Assembly (NCBI GenBank): GCA_963699165.1
Contig: OY969413.1
Location: forward strand, 788,562-852,561
Source: Candidatus Kaiserbacteria bacterium
Lineage (GTDB): Bacteria; Patescibacteriota; Minisyncoccia; Phycocordibacterales; Phycocordibacteraceae
Length of the DNA: 64,000 bases
Direction of reading: 5' to 3'
How positions within the stretch are numbered: the stretch's first letter is position 1; each line of letters opens with the position of its first letter. Shown here one piece after another: positions 9,571-19,585 of this stretch. Made by a program: the position numbers and the translations under genes. Below the pieces are notes generated by a model that did no database searches, was not told where the DNA came from, and was given only the letters and a program-made list of their open reading frames with translations.

Positions 9571-10848
9571 TCAAAGTTTTCCGAGCATTTTTCCGAGCTC
9601 TTCGCGGACCACGCGGGCGTCGCTCCACGGCTCTTTGGTGCCGCGGGGTCCCATGATGTACGGGTCGGTGCCTTTGCCGGAAATGAGCACGGCATCGCCC
9701 GTCTTCGCGAGTGAAAGCGCATGCCGAATCGCTTCGCGACGGTCCATAATGATTTCAGGCGCGCGCTTCATGCCCTTCGCCATCGCGTCGACAATCGCGC
9801 GCGGGTCTTCGTCATACGGGTCTTCATTTGCAAGAATGACCTTATCGCACGTTTCGTCGGCAATGCGCCCCATCTCCGCGCGCTTCCAGGTGTCGCGGCC
9901 GCCGCCGGTGTTGCCGAGCAAACAGATTTTTCGCTGATGCGGAAATGCGCTGTAGAGCGCGCGGAGCGAATCCGGCGTGTGCGCGTAATCGACGACGGCA
10001 ATGAAATCCTGCCCCTCCTCGATTCGCTCGACGCGGCCGCGCACAACGGGAAGTTTCGCAAGTGCGCTCGCCGCGGTTCCAAGCGGAATGCCGAATGCTT
10101 CACAGAGCTTCACCGCCGCAAGCGCATTCGTCGCATTGAATGTGCCGGGCAAAGGAAGAACAAACGGCGTTCCGCCGTACGTAAAGCGTACGCTCTCGTC
10201 ATCCGCCACGACGTGCCGCATGTCCTCTTGCTGAAAGGGAATGGCGCGCTCAACTTTCGCGGAAAGAAAGTCCCGTGTTTCCGAAATGTCTCCGTTTGCC
10301 ACCAGTATTCGCGGCCGTTTCGGCGAATGCACGAGCGTATCGACGATGGCGCGCTTTGCCGCAACATACTTTTCGAACGAGCCATGGCTTTCGATATGTT
10401 CCTTCTGAATGTTGGTAACGATAAGCCCGTTAAAATCCAAAAAACGGTTTCGAAACTGCAGCACGCTTTCCGACGTAACTTCGATAACAAAGTGCGTGCA
10501 TCCGGCATCGAGCGCCTTGCGCATAAATGACTGCGCAAATCCGCGGCCTTGCAGCGTCATTTTATAGAGGTTCGGTTCGGACTCATCTTCGATGGCAAAT
10601 CGTATCGTCGAAATAAGGCCGGTTTTTTTGCCGGACGCGCGCAGGATTTGAAAAACCATTTCGGCAACCGTTGATTTGCCTTTGGTGCCTGTGACGCCGA
10701 TGACAATGAGTTTCCGCGCGGGGAAACCGTAGGATGCAGCCATAAGAAAAGTGAGTGCGCGATGATACAACGGGCGCAGTGGACGCACGACCGGTTCCGG
10801 TACGACTTTTTTCAAGAGGCGAACAATCCGATTTACGAATTCGTACAT
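9571..10848 (-). CDS. Mur ligase family protein (MurE/MurF-like UDP-N-acetylmuramoyl-peptide ligase)
   Basis: ATP-binding GVTGTKGKST, DYAHTPDSL and GRVERI motifs of the Mur ligase middle and C-terminal domains. Confidence 0.7.
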   Translation of the reverse strand: MYEFVNRIVRLLKKVVPEPVVRPLRPLYHRALTFLMAASYGFPARKLIVIGVTGTKGKSTVAEMVFQILRASGKKTGLISTIRFAIEDESEPNLYKMTLQGRGFAQSFMRKALDAGCTHFVIEVTSESVLQFRNRFLDFNGLIVTNIQKEHIESHGSFEKYVAAKRAIVDTLVHSPKRPRILVANGDISETRDFLSAKVERAIPFQQEDMRHVVADDESVRFTYGGTPFVLPLPGTFNATNALAAVKLCEAFGIPLGTAASALAKLPVVRGRVERIEEGQDFIAVVDYAHTPDSLRALYSAFPHQRKICLLGNTGGGRDTWKRAEMGRIADETCDKVILANEDPYDEDPRAIVDAMAKGMKRAPEIIMDRREAIRHALSLAKTGDAVLISGKGTDPYIMGPRGTKEPWSDARVVREELGKMLGKL

Positions 10849-10851
10849 ATA

Positions 10852-11397
10852 TTATTCTCCGTGAGAAAGCGCCGCTTTCAATCGCGCGTCTTTTCCGGTC
10901 ACGCTTTCGGGAATGCCCTGCAATGCTTTGCGCGCTTCGCGTTCGGTGTAGCCGAGCGCGACGAGCGTGTCAAACACCTCGCCGTCGGCATTGTCGTGCG
11001 CCCGCGGGCCGACCTTGTCCGCAAGTTCGACCAGCATTTTCTCCGCGCTCTTTTTTCCGAGCCCGACAACTTTGGTGAGGTACACAAGGTCGCGTTTCCC
11101 GATGGCGCCCTCAAGCGCTTCACGCGGCGAGCGGCGCAGCACGCTCAAAGCTGTTTTTGGGCCGACGCCGGAAACCGAAAGAATAAGCTCGAAGAAATCG
11201 CGGTCGGCGGCGTCTTGGAATCCGTAAAGCTCCAGGCCGTCCTGTTTGAGCGCGAGGTGCGTCGCAAGAACGGCCTCCGCGCCGACCGAAAGCGTCTGCG
11301 GCGCGCTCATCCGCACCTCGATGCCGAAGCCCGCCACTTCGACGACTGCGCTTGTCGGCCCCACCGAAAGCACCCGTCCGCGAATCTGTCGAATCAT
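10852..11397 (-). CDS. ruvA: Holliday junction DNA helicase subunit RuvA
   Basis: N-terminal MIRQIRGRVL..VVEVAGFGIEV OB-fold domain, two HhH motifs and the C-terminal domain III. 181 aa. Confidence 0.85.
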   Translation of the reverse strand: MIRQIRGRVLSVGPTSAVVEVAGFGIEVRMSAPQTLSVGAEAVLATHLALKQDGLELYGFQDAADRDFFELILSVSGVGPKTALSVLRRSPREALEGAIGKRDLVYLTKVVGLGKKSAEKMLVELADKVGPRAHDNADGEVFDTLVALGYTEREARKALQGIPESVTGKDARLKAALSHGE

Positions 11398-11453
11398 ACC
11401 GACATCGTACTACCATTTGCCATTCCGCGGGAGGTAGCGTATATATAGGACAT

Positions 11454-11720
11454 ATGGCAATCACCAGTTCGGCAAAAAAGGCAATCCGCGTTTCCGCGCG
11501 GAAGCACGTATTTAACCTGCGCCGCAAGGACGCGCTCTACGACACGACCAAGTCGCTTACCAAGGCGCTTGCCGCAAAGGATGTCGCGGGAGCCGCAAAG
11601 CTTCTTCCGTCCGCATACAAGGCAATCGACAAGGCGGCAAAGCGCGGCGTCATCAAGAGCAATACGGCCGACCGAAAGAAGGCGCGCCTCGCGGCCGCAA
11701 TCAAACGAGCGCAGGCGTAA
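11454..11720 (+). CDS. rpsT: 30S ribosomal protein S20
   Basis: MAITSSAKKAIRVSARKHVFNLRRKD... is a basic 88-aa S20. The start is taken at the internal ATG 11454, not the track ORF start 11352. Confidence 0.85.
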   Translation: MAITSSAKKAIRVSARKHVFNLRRKDALYDTTKSLTKALAAKDVAGAAKLLPSAYKAIDKAAKRGVIKSNTADRKKARLAAAIKRAQA

Positions 11721-11794
11721 CGCTATGTGCTAGGGTTGAGTCGGGTCGTGCACCGTGCCCGACTTTTGGCAGACCAACACCATTTATTTTTAGT

Positions 11795-13117
11795 ATGAAA
11801 AAGCTGTACGGCGCGCAAACGGAAAAAGCTCTCGCGAATTTCCCTTTTCATTTTCGTAAAACACCGAAAGAATTTATTCGTGCAATCGTCGAAATAAAAA
11901 AAGCCGGCGCGATTGCGCATGGCAAAGCGGGGGAGCTCGATGCGGGAAGAAAGACGGCAATCGTAAAAGCATGCGATGAAATTTTGAAAGGGGAGCATGC
12001 CGAGCAGTTTGTGTTGCCGGCTTTTCAGGGCGGGGCGGGAACCTCGAATCACACAAATGTGAACGAAGTGATTGCAAATCGAGCGACGGAGATTTTGAAA
12101 GCATCCGGCTCGAAAAATGTTGTGCACCCGAACGACCACGTCAACATGTCGCATTCGACCAACGACGTGATGCCGTCTGCACTAAAAATCACTGCGTATC
12201 GTATCGCGGAGAAATTGCTCGCAACGTTCGATGTCGTTGCCGAAAGCTTTGATGCGAAAGCGCGCGAATTTAAAGATGTTGTAAAACTCGGTCGGACGCA
12301 TTTGCAGGACGCCGTTCCGGTAACGCTTGGGAGCGAGTTCGCGGCATATGCGGAATGTGTCCGCCGCGGAGCGCGAAGAGTTAAGACGGCATCGCATGAT
12401 TTGCTTGAACTTAACTTGGGCGGGACTGCCGTAGGAAATGCCATCAATTCGTCCGCACAGTATCGAAAGCAACTTTTTGTAGAACTCAAAGAAATAACCG
12501 GATTGAAAGTCGTGCCCGCGAAAAATCTCATGGCGCAGACGAGCAGCAACACGGACTTTGTGTGGCTCTCGCAGAGTTTGGTCGCCGTATGCGTTGACCT
12601 CTCGAAAATCTCTAACGACTTGCGGCTGCTTTCTTCGGGACCGCGGGGCGGCCTCGGCGAACTGTACATTCCTGAACTCCAGGCGGGTTCGGCGATTATG
12701 CCGGGCAAGGTCAATCCGGTTCTTATGGAAACGGTCAATCAATTGTATTTTTTGGTTTCGGGCAACAATCTTTCAATCGAGCATTCCGCGGAGGCGTCGC
12801 AGCTTGAGTTGGGAGTGATGCTGCCGCTTGTCGCCGACCGACTCATCGAGTCGCTCTCGCTTATGGACGAAGTGCTTTTGCAATTTGCGAAGAAATGCGT
12901 GGACGGCATTACGGCAAACAAAGGCCGCTGCCGCGAGCTTCTTGAAAAATCAACCGCGTATGCGACGCGCCTTACTCCGAAAATCGGCTATGACGCGACG
13001 GCGGAATTGGTAAAAGAGTCGGTTGCCGGGGGAAAAACCATCCGCGAATTGGCACTCGAGAAAAAATTGCTCACGAACGAGGAGTTCGATGCGCTGGTGA
13101 AAGGGTTTCGGCCGTAA
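11795..13117 (+). CDS. aspartate ammonia-lyase / class II fumarase family lyase; aspartase-like
   Basis: Signature GSAIMPGKVNPVLMETVNQ (the SS-loop, closer to AspA NPVVPEVVNQ than to FumC NPTQCE). 440 aa. Confidence 0.75.
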   Translation: MKKLYGAQTEKALANFPFHFRKTPKEFIRAIVEIKKAGAIAHGKAGELDAGRKTAIVKACDEILKGEHAEQFVLPAFQGGAGTSNHTNVNEVIANRATEILKASGSKNVVHPNDHVNMSHSTNDVMPSALKITAYRIAEKLLATFDVVAESFDAKAREFKDVVKLGRTHLQDAVPVTLGSEFAAYAECVRRGARRVKTASHDLLELNLGGTAVGNAINSSAQYRKQLFVELKEITGLKVVPAKNLMAQTSSNTDFVWLSQSLVAVCVDLSKISNDLRLLSSGPRGGLGELYIPELQAGSAIMPGKVNPVLMETVNQLYFLVSGNNLSIEHSAEASQLELGVMLPLVADRLIESLSLMDEVLLQFAKKCVDGITANKGRCRELLEKSTAYATRLTPKIGYDATAELVKESVAGGKTIRELALEKKLLTNEEFDALVKGFRP

Positions 13118-13123
13118 AACAGG

Positions 13124-13369
13124 CTACCTAAATGAATCTTCCATTTTGTTTTTAAAGCCAATAAGCTTATTTTGAAACCAACCATTGGTCAGAAACAAAA
13201 TTCCCGCTATCAGAGAAATTGCAGCGTATAGGAGTATGTTACATGGCCACGTTATGGGTGACATAGAAATTACAGCTCCCGCGATTGAGAGAGTGAACCC
13301 CAAATTGATATAAATATAATCCCAGCTTCCTTGACCGCGCTTAATTTTTGCTTCTAAGGCAGTTTTCAT
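13124..13369 (-). CDS. small membrane protein, hypothetical
   Basis: 81 aa with two predicted TM helices. It lies in a low-GC islet. Confidence 0.3.
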   Translation of the reverse strand: MKTALEAKIKRGQGSWDYIYINLGFTLSIAGAVISMSPITWPCNILLYAAISLIAGILFLTNGWFQNKLIGFKNKMEDSFR

Positions 13370-13390
13370 AACATATTCTACAAATTCCGT

Positions 13391-14014
13391 TTAAAGCACC
13401 TTTGAAATCATTGCTTGCGCCTCTGGTTTCATTCCGGTCATGAATATCTTCAATGTTGTTTTGGCAAATGACACTCGTTCCTCGTGTTTTTCTTTTATAA
13501 ACCTGTCGTCTGTCAGCAACTCAAGCCAAGCAGGACTTTGGGCAATTACCTTTTCTTCATTTAGGAAAATATAAAAAGACGTTGCGGCTGAGCTTGCTCT
13601 TGCTAAGCGATGTTGCTCGTCCCTTTCGTTTTTGCTCATTTCAAGTTCAAGTGTTCCCCCTATAAATGCCACATCCAGTATCCCAAATTTAACTTTCTCA
13701 TTGCATGACTGGTCAATCATCTTTTTGCAATCAGCTAACAGATAAAGTGCTTTCGGATAATCCTTCTTTTCGGCGTAGATTCCCGCTAGAGCTGTGTAAG
13801 CCGTGATGCTTTCTGGATTGAGTTCCAGTATCTCCCTAAAATCGTGTTCCGCATCGTCAAATCGCCTTTCCTTAAGTAAATACGTTCCTCGAGTAGAAAG
13901 CCACCCAGTTTTTGACAGCATTAAAATCTTCGGGTCCGAGGCCCACTGCATCTGAAATTCTTTGAATTTTTCAATTTTTTCCTTCTCAAGCAAACCCGAT
14001 GTCTGCGTATTCAT
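13391..14014 (-). CDS. TPR-repeat protein
   Basis: TPR-like helical repeats (AYTALAGIYAEKKDYPKALYLL). Low GC compared with the backbone. Confidence 0.5.
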   Translation of the reverse strand: MNTQTSGLLEKEKIEKFKEFQMQWASDPKILMLSKTGWLSTRGTYLLKERRFDDAEHDFREILELNPESITAYTALAGIYAEKKDYPKALYLLADCKKMIDQSCNEKVKFGILDVAFIGGTLELEMSKNERDEQHRLARASSAATSFYIFLNEEKVIAQSPAWLELLTDDRFIKEKHEERVSFAKTTLKIFMTGMKPEAQAMISKVL

Positions 14015-14273
14015 ATGCTGACTCCTAGATTGTTATTTAGGTTGTAATTTTATCACAATCCGGTTAAGGAAATGCTTCGATTTGAATTCAAGATAGCTCG
14101 AAGCAGAATCTTCGAGATGGCTAATTCAGTCGGTGTGGCCGCGAATTGTTTGCTCGTCGACACCCGCAAATTTCCGCGACCCCGGCTCGCGATTTTGCAC
14201 CCGACGGCACGATGAGGCGTCGCGTGCTAACAAAACATCGGCCCTCGACAGTGAGACGAGGCGTCTTGCTCCA

Positions 14274-14325
14274 AGCACAAAAGCAGAAAGCCCTGCCGCA
14301 GGGCAGGGCTTTCTGCTTTTGTGCT
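14274..14325. repeat. perfect 24-bp inverted repeat with a 4-nt loop (long hairpin)
   Basis: agcacaaaagcagaaagccctgcc-gcag-ggcagggctttctgcttttgtgct, intergenic between two minus-strand genes. Confidence 0.7.
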
Positions 14326-14446
14326 CTCGGACAGAATCGAACTGTCATTGCCGGCTCCGCAAGCCGGTGTCCTATCCGTTGAACGACGAGAGCATGACGC
14401 GCGAACTCAAGTATGCCTACATACGAGAGCAACACTTGAATGTATA

Positions 14447-14920
14447 TCAGAATCCGAGCAAGGCCGCCACCAGCTCTGCGAAAGTCGGCGGGTGTTCCTT
14501 CTCGTCCACATGCTGCAGGAAGTAGGCGTAAATCAAGTCGGCATCAACGCCTTCCAGCGGAATAATGAGGTGCGGCGAGTGCCAATTCTTTGTCTTGATT
14601 GAAATCATGGGAGGAAATTCTCCCTCGATATCTTCGAGAACGGAGAATGAAATCATTTGTGCAAACGGATGCAGCTGGTCGCCGATGAGGATGCCGTTGT
14701 CCGCAAGGCGAAATCGATGGACCGGCGGCACCTTTGCCGCATGAAGCGCGATTGCCGCCGCCGCGACAACGATTAGAATCGCGAGCAGGTAATTTGCGAA
14801 GAGAACCGATGCTATGACGGCGGCCGTGGCGACTATTCCGAGCGCCCAATACCAGTCCGCACTTTTCGGATTGTGGTCGTATTCTCGTCCTTCCCATTCC
14901 AATATAGCGGGGCGGGGCAT
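14447..14920 (-). CDS. hypothetical membrane protein
   Basis: 157 aa. Central hydrophobic segment WYWALGIVATAAVIASVLFANYLLAILIVVAAAAIAL. Confidence 0.4.
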   Translation of the reverse strand: MPRPAILEWEGREYDHNPKSADWYWALGIVATAAVIASVLFANYLLAILIVVAAAAIALHAAKVPPVHRFRLADNGILIGDQLHPFAQMISFSVLEDIEGEFPPMISIKTKNWHSPHLIIPLEGVDADLIYAYFLQHVDEKEHPPTFAELVAALLGF

Positions 14921-14935
14921 ACGGAAAGTATATCA

Positions 14936-16102
14936 CTAGAAATGCGCGGTGAGCGGGGTTCCGAGACCGGTCACGTAGTCGTAGTGCGTTCGCGCCGTGC
15001 AGACGTATCCGCAGTCGCCGTTTGTTCCGCTTACGATGTCGCGGAAATATTGTTCCGAACCGCTCGACGCTTTGTCGGTGTAGAAATTCGGATTGTTAGC
15101 ACCGCTGCCGAGTGCGGCGATTGCCGCCCATTGCGGAGCGCCCGCGCTCGTGCCGCCCACGACGCGCCAAACGCCGCCGCGGACAATCGAAAAGCCGCTC
15201 GCCGGGTCGGCGTCATACGCGACGTCGGGAATCGCGCGCATGCCGCCGCTTTTCTTGATGGAATAGCCGCTCTGATATACCGGTTCTTTTTCATACGCGC
15301 TGATGCCGCCACCAGAGCCGCCCCACGCCGTTTCGCTTTGAAATGCACCGCCTGCGCCAACCTTAAGCGTCGTACCACCGACGCCAATCACATTCGGTGA
15401 GCTCGCCGGCCACGACGCTCCGGATCCGTCGTCGCCCGCGCTTGCGAAAAAGACCGCGCCGTTTTTCGAAACGAAATGCGAATCGAGCGTCGTTTCTTCG
15501 GAAAACTCGGAGCCGCCGAAACTCATCGAAACGGCGACGACATCGCCTCTGCCCGCGGCGTAATCAATTGCCTTAAGAAAATTTGCGCCGGATGGCGTCG
15601 GTGCCTCGATGAGAAGAATTTTTGCCGACGGCGCAATCGCGTGCGCCCACTCGACATCGAGCGTTGTCTCGAGAGCCCAACCGCTGTTTGTCGATTCCTT
15701 CGCGCTCATTTTGTGCTTTTCAAAACAGCCGTTCGCGGTTGTGCAGGCGGGCAAGTTAAATGCTTTTGAAAAATCGCCGAGATCTTTTTCTATCGACGAG
15801 TCGTCGTAGGCATCGATGATGGCAATGGTGCCTTTGCCGCCCGTGCTCGGCAAATGGTATATCGTTTTGATTTCGCTCGGTGTCATGCCTTGCGGTGATT
15901 TGCTTGTGCCGGATGCGACATGAATCGGCGGCACGCCGCGATAATTTGAAAAATGATACGCGGCATTCGCGAGCGGAGTACCGCTCGCGAATGCGATTAT
16001 AAAAATGAGCACCCCAACCCCTCGCACCAGCCGAAGAAAACGTACGCGCATCGGAAGTATTTTAAAATAAACGCGCGCCATTACAGCGCCGACCCTGTGC
16101 AT
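14936..16102 (-). CDS. secreted subtilase-like serine peptidase (S8/S53 family)
   Basis: Signal peptide, then TIAIIDAYD (Asp box) and GTSAGAPQWAAIAAL (catalytic Ser motif GTSxAxP). Confidence 0.65.
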   Translation of the reverse strand: MHRVGAVMARVYFKILPMRVRFLRLVRGVGVLIFIIAFASGTPLANAAYHFSNYRGVPPIHVASGTSKSPQGMTPSEIKTIYHLPSTGGKGTIAIIDAYDDSSIEKDLGDFSKAFNLPACTTANGCFEKHKMSAKESTNSGWALETTLDVEWAHAIAPSAKILLIEAPTPSGANFLKAIDYAAGRGDVVAVSMSFGGSEFSEETTLDSHFVSKNGAVFFASAGDDGSGASWPASSPNVIGVGGTTLKVGAGGAFQSETAWGGSGGGISAYEKEPVYQSGYSIKKSGGMRAIPDVAYDADPASGFSIVRGGVWRVVGGTSAGAPQWAAIAALGSGANNPNFYTDKASSGSEQYFRDIVSGTNGDCGYVCTARTHYDYVTGLGTPLTAHF

Positions 16103-16141
16103 AAATGCCCACGGCTTCGCTTCGGCGGGGAAGCCGCGATG

Positions 16142-16660
16142 TTATCTCAAAGCCGCTACAATGGCATCCACAACCTTTGGTAATGGCTCCGTGGCATCAA
16201 TCACAACTGCACCGAGCGCTCTAAAATCGTTTGCAAAAGTTTTATTCCATCGGAGGATGTCATCATGCTGGTGTTTTGCTTTTCCGTAATCGTTGCCGGT
16301 CCGCGACATAAGGCGATGTTCCAGTGTTTCGTCGTCCACCGCTAGGCAGAACACTGTATCAAACAGATGTGCCACTTCGCGCGCGTTTCCCGGTGTGCCG
16401 CACAGGAACACCGCTGTATCGTCTGACTCTTTTTTCAAACGGGAGACGACGGCTGCTTCGAGCGTCCACCGGAACGTGCGATACCACTCCGGAGTGCCGT
16501 ATTGAATGCCGGACTGCCCGTTGTCTGGCTCTCGATTGTCACGGCGGATCCATATTGACAACGAGTCGGTACCTTGCGCGTCATATTCGCGCCGGGTGAG
16601 TTCTCTTTGTACGGAGGTCTTGCCGGCACCGGGAATGCCCGTGACGAAATATATTGCCAT
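16142..16660 (-). CDS. P-loop NTPase, small AAA/kinase-like protein
   Basis: Walker A GIPGAGKTS near the N-terminus. 172 aa. Confidence 0.45.
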   Translation of the reverse strand: MAIYFVTGIPGAGKTSVQRELTRREYDAQGTDSLSIWIRRDNREPDNGQSGIQYGTPEWYRTFRWTLEAAVVSRLKKESDDTAVFLCGTPGNAREVAHLFDTVFCLAVDDETLEHRLMSRTGNDYGKAKHQHDDILRWNKTFANDFRALGAVVIDATEPLPKVVDAIVAALR

Positions 16661-16710
16661 TATTCAGCATTCTAGCCGATGCAGTTCGGCTTACATAGCC
16701 CCGTGCTGGT

Positions 16711-17259
16711 CTACACAGTCGAATGTTCCGTATCGGACGGCTCCTTGGTCTCGTCATGGTGCAAACTAAAGCTTGATATTATGGATGCAACGATGTAATC
16801 AGTATCCGCGTCGCCTGCAATGATTTCGTCCGCGAATTTTTCATACAAAGGCAGACGCTCGGCGTACAAATCAGCAAATGTCCTGTTTTCGGCGACTACG
16901 ATGCCGCGAGGTTTCCCCCCGATTCTTTCTTCAAGCACCGCAAGCGGTACACGTAAATAAAAAATGCGAGAGATATTTTTTAAATGCTTCATCGCCGTTT
17001 GGCGGTAAATGACACTTCCGCCGGGAGAGATGACGGTGTCGTTTCTGCCCGCAGTACCGGAAATCACCATCTGCATTTCTTTATCAAGAAATTCGTGATC
17101 ACCTAGTGTCTCGACAATCTTCTGGAGAGGCATTGCGAAATTCTTTTCAAGCATAGCATCGGTTTCAACGAGAGAAAAACCGAGCTGCGCGGCTAATTTC
17201 GCCCCGATGAAAGATTTGCCGGACCCGGGCATGCCGATAAGGGTTATGTTCATACGCAT
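16711..17259 (-). CDS. aroK: shikimate kinase
   Basis: MNITLIGMPGSGKSFIGAKLAAQLGFSLVETD is the Walker A plus shikimate-binding signature. The start is trimmed to MRMNITL. Confidence 0.7.
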   Translation of the reverse strand: MRMNITLIGMPGSGKSFIGAKLAAQLGFSLVETDAMLEKNFAMPLQKIVETLGDHEFLDKEMQMVISGTAGRNDTVISPGGSVIYRQTAMKHLKNISRIFYLRVPLAVLEERIGGKPRGIVVAENRTFADLYAERLPLYEKFADEIIAGDADTDYIVASIISSFSLHHDETKEPSDTEHSTV

Positions 17260-17467
17260 TTTTCCTGTTCGAGAATTATGCCATAGGTAATTGAGCGATT
17301 TCATTCGCTAGGCATCCGTGCCCGCATTTCTTTTTCACAGTTTTTGAATGCGAATCAAAACTGCGGTGTGTCAGCGATTCAACCTTTGGTGTCCAAGCCC
17401 CATAAGGGTATTCTAGACGATTTTCTTCGACCCCGCTGAGGGCTCGGCATAGGTCTGCTATTTTTGA

Positions 17468-17518
17468 AAATGAGACAAATAAGACACTAAAAGGGTGTCT
17501 CGTGCGCGTGTCTCATTT
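17468..17518. promoter_or_regulatory. nested inverted repeats in the divergent intergenic region (operator-like)
   Basis: Outer arms aaatgagaca / tgtctcattt and inner arms agacac / gtgtct, immediately upstream of ORF 17539. Confidence 0.3.
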
Positions 17519-17538
17519 ATAAACTAACCCCATATACT

Positions 17539-18186
17539 ATGGAGTTTTCAGACGATTTGGTTGCAAGGGCAAAAGCGGAGTTCAAGGATAAGGACGGCAA
17601 AGAAATGAGCGACGGCGAAGCGCAAGAGGCGCTCCAAAACCTCGCTGGGCTGTTCGAGCTCCTATACGAGGGCGCGGTAGAAGATCAGCGCCGGAAGCAA
17701 CGGCTGAAAAAGGAACCCGAAGGATTTAGCCTCGACAATCATTACACCTGTCATGTTTGTCACAACACCTTTGGACCTGATCAGAACTGGTACTCGCGCT
17801 GGGGCATCACCTGTCGCACCTGCTTGCGGGCGCTAAAGGATGGCACTGTACCGGATTTCGTGACCCGAGACAGAGAAAGCTTTTATGCCGACTGGCAACT
17901 CAAGAGCGACTTCAACATACACCCGCAAACGATGCGCAAGATGGTGCGGCTCGGGGAGCTCAAAGCGAGGATCGTGTTGAACGACCAGGGGCGGCCATAT
18001 GAATATATATTTCTCAAGAAAGAGAACCCGCAGCTTATAGACCCCAAGCGACATTCCTCCGCGCGCAAGTCATATGAGCGCAATCGGGAAAAGTTAAGCG
18101 ACGCACGTATACGGGAAGCGAAGAAAGAATTTCGGGAAGAGAGGAAGAAAGAAATTGCAAAGTGGAAGAAAATAAATATAACTTGA
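17539..18186 (+). CDS. hypothetical zinc-ribbon protein (CxxC...CxxC)
   Basis: CHVCHN...CRTCL pair. Basic C-terminus. Confidence 0.45.
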   Translation: MEFSDDLVARAKAEFKDKDGKEMSDGEAQEALQNLAGLFELLYEGAVEDQRRKQRLKKEPEGFSLDNHYTCHVCHNTFGPDQNWYSRWGITCRTCLRALKDGTVPDFVTRDRESFYADWQLKSDFNIHPQTMRKMVRLGELKARIVLNDQGRPYEYIFLKKENPQLIDPKRHSSARKSYERNREKLSDARIREAKKEFREERKKEIAKWKKINIT

Positions 18187-18197
18187 ACATATCGATT

Positions 18198-19019
18198 TTA
18201 AAGAATAATAGCGGCTAAGGCCCTTGCCTCCCGAATTAGGCGTTCAACATCCGCAGGAATGACTTGCTCTTTGGGATGAGCGCAATTGTTTCCTACCTTA
18301 AATAGAGACTCAAGCTGCGATTGCTGTATTGGACTTATCACGCTGGAATTTTTGAGAGAGGTGATAACATCTTGAACGTCTGCCTTCTTTTTGCCGGGAG
18401 GGTTAACTGCGATTTTAACACCATGATCGTCTGCCACCGTAAAAAGATGTCGCTCTAAAGCAACCCGGGCTATCATGCCACTCACTCGGTAAAATACTTC
18501 TTCTCCATTTGCGTTTTTGAATATCGTTTCGGCAGTGGCAAATTCATCTGCCGCCACCTCGAAGCTCAGTTGTGTCTTTACAGGTAATTCACGAGACAAA
18601 ACCTCTTCGACGACAGAGAGTAGCAGTGCTCGTGCCGTCGAAAAATACTGCGAAAAGAGTCCAAGATATTCATGCCCTTTGGCTTCTTGTCCAGGTCCCG
18701 GCCAGTTTGCTTCGTGATAACTGTTGGTACCGATATTTATGTATTGCCCTATGTCGGTGTAGCTTCTCCTGCTTGGTATACCGTTACCTCGGCGAGGAAA
18801 TTTCGAGGTGTCATAACATTGATCAAACTCTTCGAGGGCAGAGGAGTTTGCTTGCACTAATATTTCACGCGCCCCCCGATACCATCGCTGTCCTTTCACC
18901 GACAAATCCGGCTGGACTTTTTCACCCTTGCTGAGACGTTCTGCTAGAGCTTGCGCCTCATCCGCGAGCACTTCGAGATCAGCAATTCTTTTTTGAAGTT
19001 GTACAAGTTTGCTCGACAT
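18198..19019 (-). CDS. hypothetical protein
   Basis: 273-aa ORF with a coiled-coil N-terminus and no secure motif. Confidence 0.45.
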   Translation of the reverse strand: MSSKLVQLQKRIADLEVLADEAQALAERLSKGEKVQPDLSVKGQRWYRGAREILVQANSSALEEFDQCYDTSKFPRRGNGIPSRRSYTDIGQYINIGTNSYHEANWPGPGQEAKGHEYLGLFSQYFSTARALLLSVVEEVLSRELPVKTQLSFEVAADEFATAETIFKNANGEEVFYRVSGMIARVALERHLFTVADDHGVKIAVNPPGKKKADVQDVITSLKNSSVISPIQQSQLESLFKVGNNCAHPKEQVIPADVERLIREARALAAIIL

Positions 19020-19021
19020 AT

Positions 19022-19585
19022 TTAGTTGGTGGTATGCACGTGGAATCCGCAGGCACGGCAGAGACCATTGATTTGTGCGGGATTCACATGAAATTCAAAA
19101 CGTTCAACGCCGCAGATGGGACACGTTACGCTGCCGTATTTTCTTCCACTTTCGTCGATTGTGGTAAGTACTGTTTTTACGTCACGTACATACCTGTCTA
19201 CGTTCTCTTTGTCATTGACGTAACCCATAACCCACAAATCGGTGCTGATTTTACCAGCTGACGTCTCCTTGTAGCGGATTTTACCTTCATTCAAAAGTTT
19301 CTCCCAATATTGGCGGCTCTTCCCGTACTCACGAGCAATATCGCGCGATGACATAGTCCTTGCACGAAATGGAATAAACCCGTCCTTCTCCATCTGCTCG
19401 TAACACTTCGCTATTCCATGGGCGATCTCCTGTTCCTTCTCTTCTTTGGTGAATTGGCCGGTCATATCGATGCCCAAACTGAGCGTGCCGCCACTGCTAG
19501 CTCCGGCGTGCCAATAGACCTGTCGTTTGTCTTGTTCTGCCTCCATGTTTGCAGTATAGCGCGCTTGGTTGCCAAAAGCAACCAC
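19022..19585 (-). CDS. hypothetical HTH plus zinc-ribbon protein
   Basis: HTH-like SRDIAREYGKSRQYWEKLL and a C-terminal CPICG...CRACG. Confidence 0.45.
   Translation of the reverse strand: MVAFGNQARYTANMEAEQDKRQVYWHAGASSGGTLSLGIDMTGQFTKEEKEQEIAHGIAKCYEQMEKDGFIPFRARTMSSRDIAREYGKSRQYWEKLLNEGKIRYKETSAGKISTDLWVMGYVNDKENVDRYVRDVKTVLTTIDESGRKYGSVTCPICGVERFEFHVNPAQINGLCRACGFHVHTTN

Noticed and set aside
14121-14525. Three overlapping ORFs around the 24-bp hairpin
   Set aside because: Their reading frames are created by the long palindrome. There is no coding signal.
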